A stretch of DNA of 64,000 nucleotides from Botryllus schlosseri (Eukaryota): assembly GCA_051294905.1 (NCBI GenBank), contig CM119384.1:20088001-20152000 (forward strand). The letters are read 5' to 3'. Both the position numbers and the translations under genes were made by a program. Position 1 is the stretch's first letter, and each line of letters begins with the position of its first letter. Positions 1-13,010 of this stretch are shown in pieces. Below the pieces are notes generated by a model that saw nothing but the letters and a program-made list of their open reading frames with translations, had not been told where the DNA came from and searched no databases.

Positions 1-73
1 TAAAACGTCCTGAATAATAAGAACAGCCTGTTAGAATGCGTATAGGGTGTTATCACGATTTGAAAGTACTTAC

Positions 74-177
74 AGATCCATATAGCTGACCCCTTCTGTC
101 CATAGCGAGGTATCGACCCGTCTCGACTCCTCTGATCGTTACAAGTCCGGCTCTTATCGCCACGAATTCCAAAATAG
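74..177 (-). CDS. FGF9/16/20: FGF9/16/20 second coding exon (104 nt)
   Basis: Not in the ORF track. Acceptor TCCTCTTTCAG (ends 178) and donor GTAAGT (73-68). Joined in phase 1 it reads (A)[34 protein letters not shown], against FGF9 [34 protein letters not shown], with the same length and phases as vertebrate exon 2. The third exon lies left of the window. Confidence 0.96.
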
Positions 178-540
178 CTGAAAGAGGAATAAAAGTTTAG
201 TTCGAATCACTCGCAAAATACTATCCGCGGAATTGAGTCGAATGTCAGCTAACAAGAAATACTATATCCGCTCTCTGAGAACGGCGGACTCGGGTGTCAG
301 ATAATTTGAACAATCCTCGAAGCATTTGGTGTGCGATATCTGAGATACATCTTCAAATACCCATTGGTAGAATGCTGTCGTATTGGAAAGGACTGTAACA
401 TAACGCTAAGACTCGGCTATATCAGGCAATCTTCATCGCATTTGACAAAATCTTGAGATTATTACTCGCATTAGAAAAACACTACACGATGGCATTGTCA
501 AACCGAAACGAATCAATACATGCGAAACTTTATATCTTAC

Positions 541-1162
541 CGTAACGGCTGTGATCTTTCAAAGTTCCTTGCACTTTGCCGTTTTTTAATATTTCCAAAT
601 GAAATCCGTTTCGACAGTAAAGCTGCTTTCTCCTCGTAATTCCTTCCAGGTGAGGTGGGATATTTCTCTTAGAAAGATTGTGAACTACTTGGTGTTGTAA
701 CACATCTTTCTTCGTAGTTGTTAGACTTTTGTCGACTGGTGTTTGGTTTGGACTTCGCGAGATATCGATTATTTCCTGAATATCGACGTCCTGGCCGAGT
801 TTTAACTTCTCCCACATTTTAGGGTCTGGCAGGCGGTCGTGAACAACGGGGATTGAGTCAGTGATGGGCTGAGGCACGGATTCGTCAGACAAGGCGTTCT
901 TCTCGATAAGGACGCCGGCCGAATTTTTCAGCCTTCCCGTAGATCTCTTCTTCCTACGGGGCGTAGATAAATTGTCGATTTCCGATATAGGAATCCGTCT
1001 CCCATCCAAAAATGCAGGACTTGTTCGCCCCGTGGTCTCAGCCTGAGAGCCCCGTAGTCTGTTAGCTTGCTTTATGGCAATAGTCATGAGCGCAGCTAGA
1101 GCTCCCGTGGTGGAACCGCTGTTGTCGGAACTGATATCGCCAACTGTAGGTAAATACGGCAT
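541..1162 (-). CDS. FGF9/16/20: FGF9/16/20 first coding exon (long N-terminal extension plus start of FGF core). The exon probably begins at a splice acceptor at 1274/1273.
   Basis: Translation ends ...[37 protein letters not shown], matching vertebrate FGF9/16/20 [37 protein letters not shown]. Phase-1 donor G|GTAAGA at 541/540. First in-frame ATG is at 1162 (the track's start at 1177 is TTG). Upstream acceptor ATTCATTTTTTTCTCCAG ends at 1274. Confidence 0.95.
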
Positions 1163-4100
1163 TGCAGTAATTCCCAAGTCAACTCCGTCGGTAAAAGTGT
1201 CTCTATCCTCCCGCGTCGCAAATAAAATGCAACTGCTACGGTGGACGTTAATCGTTATAAATAATGTGCTTTTCTGGAGAAAAAAATGAATATGATATAA
1301 AGTACCATTCCGACCTATGAAGTTTGTTTCTTGTATTCAAACAAGTCTGATATTCCGATAAGACTGTATTATCGCAACAACAGTACGCCGATGCCGCGAT
1401 CAGTAGCGATGCCGACGCCACGCCACGAATTCGCGCGTATATAATATATAGCTGTCGATGAAATATTTTCAAAGTCCTCACTACACGGCCGATCACTGAC
1501 TATCTCGCAATAACGTTACATGTGTAATAAATAAGTCCTTGATTTTCTTTTCAGCGCGATGTTTCTGCTAATCCGTCTCGGCGGTTTCTCTACTCGTTAC
1601 ATATCTATAATTCACTTTCACATCGATGCAGTTCGCTCCAATAACCGAATAGATCTGGGCGTAATATCCCAAGCCGGCAATTATGCACGGTCGAGATTGC
1701 CTTCATTAATCCAACTCAAAAGGGTTTTCGTCACGCGTCGGATTACGACGAACTCCCGTTGCAATATGGCATTGGCCGGTAACAACCGTCTTCGATGGGG
1801 TCGAATATGATATACTCTCTGCCTACATTTTTCCGCCGCTTATGTATCTGCACTGTGCATCGCCTGGTTGCACCTGAGCGATGATATGACTAATGCGATC
1901 AATCTGCCGTTAATATCTTGAGATTTTCCCATGATAGTGGAAGTACATCAAAATATTACAAGGTATACGAGCAGAAAAAAGAACGCAAAAAACAATAAGG
2001 CGCAGATGTCATATTCACCTGTTTGTGATTTCATATTCACTACGGCGCTTTTATTTACAAATCGATTTTGGCCATAAATACAGTAAATTACCTGTCTTAT
2101 ATTTAACTGAACTTGCGTACTAGCTACGTAAGGAACGAATGCAAAAATATGAGGTAGGCCATATCCCCGTCCGTGGGCGAGAATGATGAGCTTTCTTTGC
2201 GCCGCCAGACTTTAGAAAAAGAAAAAAATCGCAGCGCGAAAAGAAGTGCGAACCAATCTGTTCCGCGCAGATTATAGGAAGAATAGAGAGTCACCGACCT
2301 CGCCGTTAACTCTGTTTGATATCGGATTCATGGTATCGCAGCCGTCGCTATTGGTGTGCCGCAGTGTGTGCGCTGCAGGCAAGTTTATCTCACCTATGTC
2401 TGCGCACCTAATTGAAGTTAATCGGGAGATTTTAATTCCAAATCATTGGAGCAAAATGTATTGATTCTGCGTAATTCGCACCAGCGGCGTAACACACACC
2501 ATAATGCGTTAAATCTCATTCTTTCTGCCGAATTGAATTGCACAAAGATTAACTCCAAAGTATCTGCCAATTGATAAAGAAAATATTTCAAAGTGCGCGA
2601 GGCGCATACACATCGTGTCATCGGTAACATGGAATCGCGTTTATTTGGAGTGAAGTACGAATGAAGTCTGGTGTGAAAGTCATTATTTACACACGTACCG
2701 ATGTGTTTGAACTAGCAACATTACAGAGAGCTTATCGCATCTACGTATCGAAATCCCTGATATTGATTGCGATGGCGCGTGTCTGGGGGTGTTTTGATAT
2801 GCTGTTCTGACTGGTGTCCCGCGAAGATGATAAAACGCTCAGCATGATAGTTGAGAATGAAGTTCGTTTATTCTTCGATAAATCGTACAGTGGCTTTCAT
2901 TCCTGGAGATAATACCATACAGATCTACACCACCAACATATATCATGTCGTGAAATCACAGTGTCATCTGATGGTTTGCTATAAAAGTCATTTTCATGTT
3001 CCATAGCCTAGTGGCATTTTAATCCCAAGAACTAAAAAAACAATCTGGATTCATCATAAAAACAGGTTTCAAGTTCGATAAAGTGCTGTTTAGTGCAAGT
3101 AAAGAATAGCATTGTTGGTGGTGCTCGCGACATACTGAAATATCATATCCGTATACGATATGCATTTCCGATTACTGAAGTCCTTCGCTATCAATTATAG
3201 TATAAACTAAAAATCTTAGAAAAACATCGTAATTTAATAATCCTCGTTTTCCGTAACATTAAGCATGTCACTGGAAATAGTTCTCACGTTTCAATATGTT
3301 GCAGCCGTCCATAATCATTAATCAATGTACTGGCGCGGCAGCTACAATATCGTAGGCCCGGACTGGCGTTTAGCGATACAATATCGAACGACATTTACGC
3401 TTCGCCCGTTATAACGCTAAGTTTATTTCTTAGTGGAGTCAGATAATAAGGTCGTACGCCGGACTATAACAAATATTAGTGAACATTTTCACAGGATCAC
3501 AGCTATATACCCAATATCACCTCTCAAAGAGTGAGAATTTTGATTTTACTGAGGAATCGAATTGCGTGCAGCAGAATCTGCCCCGTCAGGCCGTCACAGC
3601 TATTCGGAATATGTAAGGAACAATGGCATTCCGATATGTTTGTTGGAGCTGCATGATAAGGCTATATTTTGGATTCTCGCGTTTAAATAGTCATGCTTAT
3701 TGCACTACGTCCCTACCGTAGTATACCTACACTGCGAATCCTTGGGAAGAAAATAAAATTATTTACTGGAATTCCGACATAGCGTGGATTGCAAATCGCG
3801 CCATCGACACGTTTTAGTAGCAATCCCACGCTATTGGGTTATATTTGCCATATATCGGTGCACTGCACATAGAACCAACTCCACCCCGCCGGATATATCT
3901 CCGTAAGAATTGGCGCATATTCACCCATTGAAATGTGTGTGGAAGAAAGTGTCGTGTACGTGATTGGGAAATCGGCGAAATACACGATTTACGTTTACAC
4001 TGTAGAGAGCAGGTTTGCCGCCATATAATGTTTCATCAATCGCGTTTTATTGTGATTTTCATAATATGCCCGTAAATGTTACTTCGAAGCTGTGCAAATG

Positions 4101-6410
4101 AACATACTCTTTTGAACGACAGAGAACCACGGTTATACTTATACATGGCATTTCTCACCGAGTCTGTAAAAGAATTCAAGGTGTAAACATTTCTCGCCGT
4201 ATAAGAAATTTGCGACGAATACCATCTATTACCATTCAACTTTTATTAAGTTAGCTGAACTTCACTATTATATTACTCTAAAATAGATCATTGGAGCGTG
4301 AAGAGGTTATCGTCTTATTACCTTCATGTCATAGATGAAAGGTTGTCGTGCCATCCCGATCGCATTCATGTTCATTTGAGGTGATACCTCTGCCATGTCG
4401 TATAAATTGAATATAAATGTTGTAAGCAAAAGCCGATATAAGCTTATATCGGAACAGATGAAACTGGAGAACGGTTCTCAAGCATCAAGATAACCGACCA
4501 ACCGTGTTCGATGGAGTTCCTTGATGAGAGCGCTGTCTTATTTTTCGCGCTAAAAATTATAAATCGGTTATTGATTTGCGTAATATCTCGTAATATTCGC
4601 ATCTTGCACGCGACTTTCGTTCGTTCGCACGACACAAAGGTCCACGTTGCGTGCCTGAAAAATTTACTACACCGGTAAAATTGCACATTTGTGACGAGCT
4701 CAGATGATGCGGGTTGCCTCTGCTGGTGTCAAGTTTCCGATAAATTTCTAATGATATATCTGGTATTTCTGGCGTCGCACGCATAGTTTGATCGAGTAAT
4801 TTATTGTCATATGATAGAGAAAACAATGGCGAATCGAAATATCACGACTTTCCATCGTGTGTCGGAATGTCACGGTTGCTTTACAAGGGCATATACTGAA
4901 TGCGGGCGGGACTTTGGAACGAGCCAATTTCATGTATGTAATTGAGATTATGCTAGTTATTTAACGAGATGGAATCTCGCCAAAGAGGATTATCTCACGT
5001 AATTCAACTAATAGAACGGAAAATACTGATTTCCCAGGGACACTCACCCTAGCCACGATATCAAGGAATTGCTAGAACATTGCTATCGAACATAGGCATG
5101 GCAGAGATTCATCACTTCAACTATCCTAGAACTAAATATACACGCGTATACAATACATAACTGTTATAACAGTCAGAGAATGTGAATACATATGAAGAAA
5201 CCTGCGGATATATTACTCGTGTTTGCAACATCAACGCTTGCATTCAGAGACATCATTGCCAATGGTGACTTGGTGACTTTATGGTGTGCACTATTTAGAT
5301 TTGGAGAATCGTTGATGGCATATAGGCTTAGTTATTATATCGGATCGGACTACAGCTACGATTGTATACCGCAGGGTATAGCGACGATAAAAAGAATCGA
5401 TGGTAAAATGTGAACAAATCAAAGCCTGAGAGCTTTGTAGCCTACGTTGTCCTACAGAAATCGCAGTCTTTTTTGACTAAAAAAGGATCAAAATGTAGCT
5501 ATTTACAGAAGCGAAATCGTCAATGTGAATCCGTGGTATGTATGTCACAGTGCTCAAAGAATAAAATCCAAAATATGTAGTTGCACTGCTATATAACTTG
5601 CTCTATGTGACTTCGGTCATTTTAATATTCATCAAATGTGCATTTTCAAAGTAAGCGTAGGAGCGTTAGAAATTGTTTCTTCAATTTGTCACTTTATTTA
5701 GTGTGGTTTTGTTTGGTTCAGAAGGGCGGCTTAATAACTTTGATTATGTGATGACTGAAAATTGAGTGTCTTCCTGACAATAAATACGTATTATCAACGT
5801 CACATCACCACTAGAACGAAAGGAGCGGAGAAATATGTCAACTTCCATTTCCGCAAACCGCAGGTTTGAGTCACTGTTTAGTGTCTGATATCAGATATCT
5901 GTATTCAATCGTATTTTGCTAATTGCATTGCTTGCGATTAAAGGTGTAGCTAGGATAGAAATCCTATGGTCGCTAATATTCTATACTACGTACATGGTAT
6001 AGATGCTTGACAATGAATAATTATATCAGTATCAGTTTTATTAACAATTTCATCATTTCAAAAACTGCAAAATTGCGATACAATGAAAAGATAGGAAGTA
6101 GTCGAAACGACTTGGAGTAGTCTTTGAAATCAGCCACCCACCTGGGCCTAGGAGATGTAAAGAGGAGGCATGCACACTGAAAGAAAATAAAAGGAAGATA
6201 ATATGAAAGGACCAGCGACAAAATGAGGTGGCATGTGACGCGAGTCGAGATCGATCTGTCAGGTCGTGGTCCGGTTAACTTGAGGGCTGACTAGCATTCA
6301 TTCCACTGAAAAATAAGAATATGAACGTGATGGTAACATTTTGCCATTATCGGCTGTTTTGAATTGCAAGCGATCCAAAGTTTTGAATCCGACCTGAGAC
6401 GCATAGATAG

Positions 6411-9006
6411 CAGTGATGAGCGGATGTTGCTTTTTGAGAATCCGAATCCGTCCGACAGTTTTTGTGTCTGCGGAACTATCCGTCCGACTCCGAAGAATCT
6501 CATCCAACTATCCGACTTTATCCGAAAATCTCGTACAAGAATCCGAAAAATCCTTATCGAATAATGATATCGCAGAATATCAATTGTAGGCTACAGCTGA
6601 GCTTAGATACAGTTCTGCACTAAAAGATCACAAATTGTATCTATGGAATGAACAAAAACAAACAGAACAAAAATTGGAATTTTAATTATAGGAACGTTAA
6701 CGCGAGAAACAACGCTACTAATTTAAAGTAAGTGTGCAAATGAAAGTGGTATTTCGGATCAAAAGAAAATTAAAAATGACAGATTATTAGGCCATGGCCA
6801 TATATAACAATCAGGCATTTAACCATATTACCCAATATCAAGAAGTGATAGTAGCAAGTTGTAACCATGGAATTTTACAATCTCAGATGGTCAATATTGG
6901 ATGCAGATAATCCGCATTTTGCCCACAAATGCTGGAATGTGTGAAGGCCTGTTCAGTAGAAACTTGCTGATGCTTATAATACCTTTGGTCAATCAGTTCA
7001 AAGTTTTGAGCACGACGCTTATAGTCGAGTCACAGAAAATGTCAATAATAGCTCCATCCTGAATGTCCCTCAGTAGCTGTCCAAATTTCCTCTCCAGTGA
7101 CCAATAGCAGGTCAGTAGTTGTCTTGCCGACTTGTATATTGGAAGAGAAGAAACTGATCTCCAACTGTGCTGTATCCTTGGCCTTTCGGATATGATTTGT
7201 AAGGAGCATTGGACCACTTGAAAAGTTGTGGTGTTTCACTTGAACATAGCAATTATTGCATAGAGGCAATGTCCCATAAATCAGGATGCTATCTCTCCAT
7301 ACTTCACTCTTGCTGTGCTATCTCTCAAGACGTCGACTTTCGTCATTGATCCATTATTACGGAGAAACGAAACTCAGACAGCACGAGCTGTTTGACAACA
7401 TTCGAGGTCTTCAAATAATGCAATGTAAACTGTACGGTACGGAGAACGGAGTACACTTCGAGCAGTTGATGGAGCTCCACTCAAGAGAAATGACGCATCC
7501 CTAACGCACTGATCACCACTCCTTGGTGTTGACTTTCAAACTGTTTACATGGTCTCTCGTTTAAATCATATAGAAAAGCACCATAATAACGCCAAATTTT
7601 TTTTCACAATTCTCAAACTGAAATCAAATCTACATGAACAGACCATTGGTTGAAAAAAAAAACTAACAGCTTTTGTTTATATGGCTCAGTGGTTCTAGAT
7701 GATTGATTCCGTCAATCATATTGGAGAAAATATAGCTGCTGAAGGAAGGGAAGTGTAAGCAGGAGTTGAATAGGTTTGGGTTTCGTTGTATCTGTATATA
7801 GGAATTCTGGATTTCATAGCCTTGTTATGTGTTATTAGTTTACCTTAGTAAGGCATGCATGTATCTTGAATGATTTCAAAGAGGACGATAGGCTACTGTA
7901 TAGTCGAGGCATCGTTATAATAATTATCATACATTTTATCTGTGTACATATTTTTTTATATAACTTTCTATATAATTTTCTGACTGCAGATAGTTACTTG
8001 TATATGTTTGTATGCATATTCTTATTTGATTGGTCGGGCTACAAGTGTGTGGGTACGGTAGCTGTTAACTCGACGTGCAAGCTGACTCAAAGTCCAAGTC
8101 CACACTGGCTCACTGGGAATACCTTCTCACAAAATGGAGTTATTACATTGTTGAACGTCATTGGGATATATTCCGTTATGATCATGAACTGCCGGAAGAC
8201 TCATGGTAGCTAAAGATTGTGCCATAGCACAAGCACCGCTGTATAGTGCTGATTGAAAGGGTATCATACAAGTATACAACTACTGTGGTAGCATGAAAAT
8301 CAGTCATGCAACAAAGTACGCAAAGAGGGATTTGTCTTATATTTATCTACAGAAGACTGCCGCAACAACTACTTTGAGGATTCTGGATATTGTATGCCCT
8401 ATTGTGACATTCGTCAGCTATGGGTTCAAAAACTACATGTCAAGGTGGAAAGCAAATGCAGTTCTAGGACCGATGTTGAAACAAAACCTTCAATTTTGTG
8501 AACTTCAGAAACTGCTCTGCGAGAATACTGTACTGATGATAACTATGTCAGGAGAGCTCATGTCTAATCATACCATCTTTTATCAGTTCACATATTATAT
8601 ATCCGTTAGACTGGCAAGTATGGTATACTTGATGTATTTTAGCAAATAAAGTGATAACATGGCTGACCTTATAGTATGGTCTACTCTTGAATGGTAAGAA
8701 TGGTAGTGGCGATAGTTTATTTGTATTTTCTTGGACTCTTGACAGACATTTTTAGACTGCTACCATTCATATCGCAAGGTGTCAGCTGTCTGTATTTGGT
8801 TATTGAATTGATGACTTCTTTCTATGGGCCTGTAATCAAATCTCACATCTGGTTACAACTATCCGGAAATATCCGTATCAAAGTTACAGCTATCCGACAA
8901 TATCCGGAAAAAAATCTGCGATAATATCCGAATCCTATGCGACTGCCAAAAATTTGTCTAATATCCGGTCCGAATGCCATCCGAGTCCGTCCGATGCTCA
9001 TCACTG
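6411..9006. mobile_element. Non-autonomous hAT-type DNA transposon (~2.6 kb) with ATCCG subterminal arrays
   Basis: TIR CAGTGATGAGC at 6411 and GCTCATCACTG ending 9006. Perfect 8-bp TSD ATAGATAG (6403-6410, 9007-9014). Dense ATCCG/ATCCGA repeats at both ends. No intact transposase inside. Confidence 0.85.
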
Positions 9007-9762
9007 ATAGATAGCCTATATTTAGTTTGACATCTCTTGACAATATCCAACTCAAAATTTCGGTAATGCTCCTTTGTTTCTACGCATGCTATTGTAGTGC
9101 GTCCTTACATTGGTGATACCTGTTAACTTGATTCAAGCAAATATCATCTTGTCGAGAAGAAAAATTGCGCACTGATGTATCCAAGAAGACTATTCTCGCA
9201 ATCAAGAGACCAATCTGTATTTATTCTATACCGACTTTTATGGACTAAATTGCGTCACGCAAAATTCACTGATGCGTTATGCTGCGCTTGAGTAATCTTG
9301 TTGCTGAGACCGCTTCAGTGTTCTGTGTTGAACAAATTTATGCTGTTTAGTGTTTTGTTTAGCGTTACTTGTATATGGAATACGTAACTTAGAAGAATGA
9401 CAGGTCAAGATTTATTTGCTAACTATCACAGAGACGAAACGATAACATTATCTTCCGAGTTGAAGCTTGATGAGAATGCGTATACCGCCATATTTACCAT
9501 GCAGTGTCAGTCTGTCAGATCAATCATGGCTAGTCCGTTCATACGTTGGATACCATTCACTGATAGGACGTAGTTGTATAGTTAACTATGAAACATTTCA
9601 AAATTTAACATGCATTGCAAGCCGTGATTGTATTTGCTCTTCACATGGATTACGTGCTGCATTTGAAGTAGAAAATGCATGTAGTTGGTAACTGAATCTC
9701 ACCAGTTCTGTTTGGTGTTTGCATTGCAATATCAGCTTGCGCTTCATTTTGCAGATCTAGTC

Positions 9763-9999
9763 ATGGCTTTCCGTAGAACTTATCATGCATTCAACAATAT
9801 TATTCACGGTCTATGGCCAAAGACTCCTCAATCGAAGAAAGCTATTGCTGCTGGAATATGCACTTTATGCGGAGTTGCTGCAGCCAAAAAGACTATGAGA
9901 AATAGGCAGTCATTCGTTGAATATGGCATTTCCAAAGAGTTACATGCTGCAACTGTTAGTGCCACAGATGCTAGCGTTGAAGAGGAATCGGAACATAAG
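9763..9999 (+). CDS. MICU2/3: MICU2/3 first coding exon (presequence-like N-terminus and hydrophobic segment)
   Basis: Acceptor TTCATTTTGCAG ends at 9754 and the ATG is at 9763. Reads MAFRRTYHAFNNIIHGLWPKTPQSKKAIAAGICTLCGVAAAKKTMRNRQSFVEYGISKELHAATVSATDASVEEESEHK: a basic, acid-free start followed by a hydrophobic stretch. Strong phase-0 donor AAG|GTAAGA at 9999/10000 is compatible with the phase-0 acceptor at 28070. Assignment rests on architecture and phase, as this region is poorly conserved. Confidence 0.7.
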
Positions 10000-11473
10000 G
10001 TAAGAATGTGTATGGTTGGTTGTAAACTCATTTATGCCGAGTCTATGCTGGCTTTTGATCTCGGCGTATGTTGCAATTTCATTGGCTTCACCAGTTTCCA
10101 GTGGTGGGATGCGTTTCTTGAAAATTATCTGTCGTGCATTTATAACAGATTTTATTGACTCTACGTCATTACCAACATATCTTGTTTGTGTTTTCCACAG
10201 ACTTTAATATTTTTTATAATACTTCTTTTCAAACCTTACGTAACTTGTCTCATTCCTGGCCATATTACACACTTCTACTTGCACCTGTTGTGTGGTTTTG
10301 GTCTATCAGAAGCATATTATTATTCCTCAAGTAGGGCAGTAGCGATATGAAAAATTTGCACCTCTGATTGTTATTTACCGTATACCAATACTTGGATGAC
10401 TTTTTCTGATTTTCATCAGCTGTGTATCTCAGTATTTGCTTTTAAATTCACGATTAGTGGATATATTTATGATAATGTGCCAAAATCTATGTGTAAAAGA
10501 ATTAATTGATGTAGGCCTACAAGGCCTACCAACTACATAGGCCTATGAAGAGGAAAAGGCTCTTGTAGAGTACATTGTACATAATAGGCCTACTAGATAT
10601 AATCTTGTCTCATTATTTTTTTGACCTAGCCTATATTTGACCATAAAGATATATTTAGCCTACTTCTCAGTTCAACCATTATTTATTTGGCTGAGCACTG
10701 TTGTCTGGCCGCTGCTGACCGGATGATTTCAATCGCCTCGCTGTGGTCCAGTCCCTAGTTATCATATGTTTTATTCTTATTGATGAATGATTTACTGCGA
10801 TATCAAATAAGCCTGATTTATTGATTGATTAGCATCACTTCTGGTCATAAGGAGCTAGCAAGCCTACTAAGTAGCTTATGAAATAGACGACCTGTGCTTA
10901 CATTGCTTATTCAAGTTTTTTTGTTGCTACCATACTGTCCCTTAATATTTGCTGCATGCAAGGCAGCCTACCAGCCTACTTGGTTTATACTAATTGTGAA
11001 TTTTGTCAAGTAGGGTAGCCTAAAAGTAGTCTATGGTTAAATAACTTTTTTGTGAGTGAATGTGCACTACTATTGGTTGAATAATTTTATCTTGGACCTG
11101 CGACCGTGGAAAGCAATTTTTAAATGACATCAAACGTACCACTGTTGACCATTCTACGTTACTCACTTAGATGTGTTATGTAAAAACCTAGACAGATCTC
11201 ATGAGCTCTTTAGCGCGACCAGCTTTCAAATTTGAAAGTCATGAAACTACATAAAATGCACCCACAATCCAGTTAAATTCATTCTTGTCTTTGAAACTTA
11301 TTGCTGAGTAGAATTCCTTTGCATTTACACCTTCTCTTCTCCATTTCTATTCAAGTAATATTGTTAATTAGTTTCACTATATCTGATGGCCGTCCTGTTT
11401 GCAATTCTATAACACTGCAATTACCATATAATAGATTAGTTCTTTTTTTTTCGGTTTACTTGAGCACACATAG

Positions 11474-12042
11474 CAGGGTTGTAATGACTCGAGTCCGACT
11501 TGAGTCGCAATTTTTGGTGACTCGAGTCATTTTCACAAAATACGGTAAATGACTCGATTCGACTTGAATCAATCTGTGTATTGACTCGAGTCATTGAACT
11601 GAACATGACTCGGACCAAGTCATATGACTGAAAACACGTACGGCCAAGACCGTCATTTCATTGTAATTTCAAAGAATGATAAAGTTACCACACTGTTGAT
11701 ATTTCTTCTATTGATGCTGGTACTTGAAAAGGCGACCAGAAACTGCTAAAAGTTGGGAAATTAGTAGGCCTATATTATGAATGCGAAGTATTCGATATCA
11801 CCGAGCAGAGTTGTAAATAGTGGGTTTAACAAGACTTTAACTCGAAACTGAACAGTGAACTCAATGACTTGGACTCGGACTCGAGTCATAACACTATTAC
11901 TCGGAGACTACCCTCTGCTTGTCCTCTTGAACTCGGACTTGACTCGCTGGTGAATTGAAAATGACTCGACTTGACTTGAGTCATAACTATAAAAATGAGA
12001 TTGACTTGCATCTCGGAACCTGGTGACTTGGTTACAACCCTG
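11474..12042. mobile_element. hAT MITE with GACTCGAGTC/GACTTG arrays
   Basis: TIR CAGGGTTGTAA...TTACAACCCTG. TSD ACACATAG/ACAAATAG (7/8). Related partial copies at 18151-18356 and ~24649-24997. Confidence 0.85.
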
Positions 12043-12649
12043 ACAAATAGGCTAACTTTTTCTTCCATGCTCAGTAAAGACTGGGAATATGGTAGTAGAA
12101 CAGTTCTTTTGTTTTATCTAATTCGGACTGAAACCAAGATGACAACTGTAATATATCTACTCGAATTCTTGGTGTAATGCAGTACTGGTAGTCACAAATT
12201 TCGCGCAATTTCTTTTCACTCAAATCACTATAAATTCGCCACTCCTATTTTAACCAAAATATTTGACTAAGCAAAGCTACACTTTCAGTTACAAAAAGCC
12301 TACCAGCCAACTTGCAAAGCAATATTGCACTTGATTTTAACGAAGTGCTTATACGGTACATTGAAGAACGACCAGACAAAGAACTTTTGTTCTGGATTTT
12401 TTTATGTATTGGGATTTTTGCAAGGCTTCTCGTATATGATAATGAATGTACAAACACTATCAGGGTTAGGCTTTGAAGGTAACCAGAGCTTCAAATGCAC
12501 TCACTCATGACTATGTAGTAGGCCTAGGTAATGAAAACCAGAGAGAAAAATACAAGAAAAGTCATGTTTGCTACTTGCTAGGCATTTTCAGGTTGTTCAT
12601 TTACATCCTCATGAATTTAATTGAATATTGTTGTTTATCATCCTCTGCG

Positions 12650-12718
12650 CTCACTGACTCGTGGCAAACGTGCCACGTACTCCCATGGCGTCTGCCGACT
12701 CCAGGTTGGGAAACACTG
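12650..12718. mobile_element. Orphan end of a hAT (Charlie/Buster-like) MITE
   Basis: Ends ...CAGGTTGGGAAACACTG, the reverse complement of the CAGTGTTTCCCAACC terminus. Partner end not found. Confidence 0.55.
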
Positions 12719-12729
12719 GTCCATACGGA

Positions 12730-13010
12730 AACTTTTCCATACTGAAACAAATCTTCGATGATCGGATGTAACTGGAATAATATAATGGAGAGAATCTATC
12801 CAGAATATGCACAAGAAGCATTCATGCCAGGGCATTGTCAATATCTTCATAAATCAAATCAATGTGGCATCGTCAATGTAGTGATACTGAACTGTCTTGT
12901 TGTAGTTGCCTTTCTGAGTCTCAAATATTGATTGAGATTGATTTGTGATGGTGTGGTGGTACCATTTTTGATTCGTCTATTTCCCGGTGCTAAGCCAGGG
13001 CTGTAAATTG
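12730..13010 (-). pseudogene. Possible degenerate reverse-transcriptase fragment (DIRS/Ngaro-like)
   Basis: The minus strand gives, across stops and frameshifts, SP-GLAP, KWYHH, TVQYHYIDDA and IIPVTSDHRRFVSVW. This follows the order of Ngaro/DIRS RT motifs as recalled (SPLGxVPK, KxRLIHHLS, SVxYxxIDDA, IPVHPxD...W). Confidence 0.35.

Noticed and set aside
1163-1336. In-frame open stretch upstream of the FGF ATG, including the TTG start at 1177
   Set aside because: It has no ATG and crosses a strong acceptor at 1274. It is treated as 5' UTR/intron unless an upstream coding exon is found.
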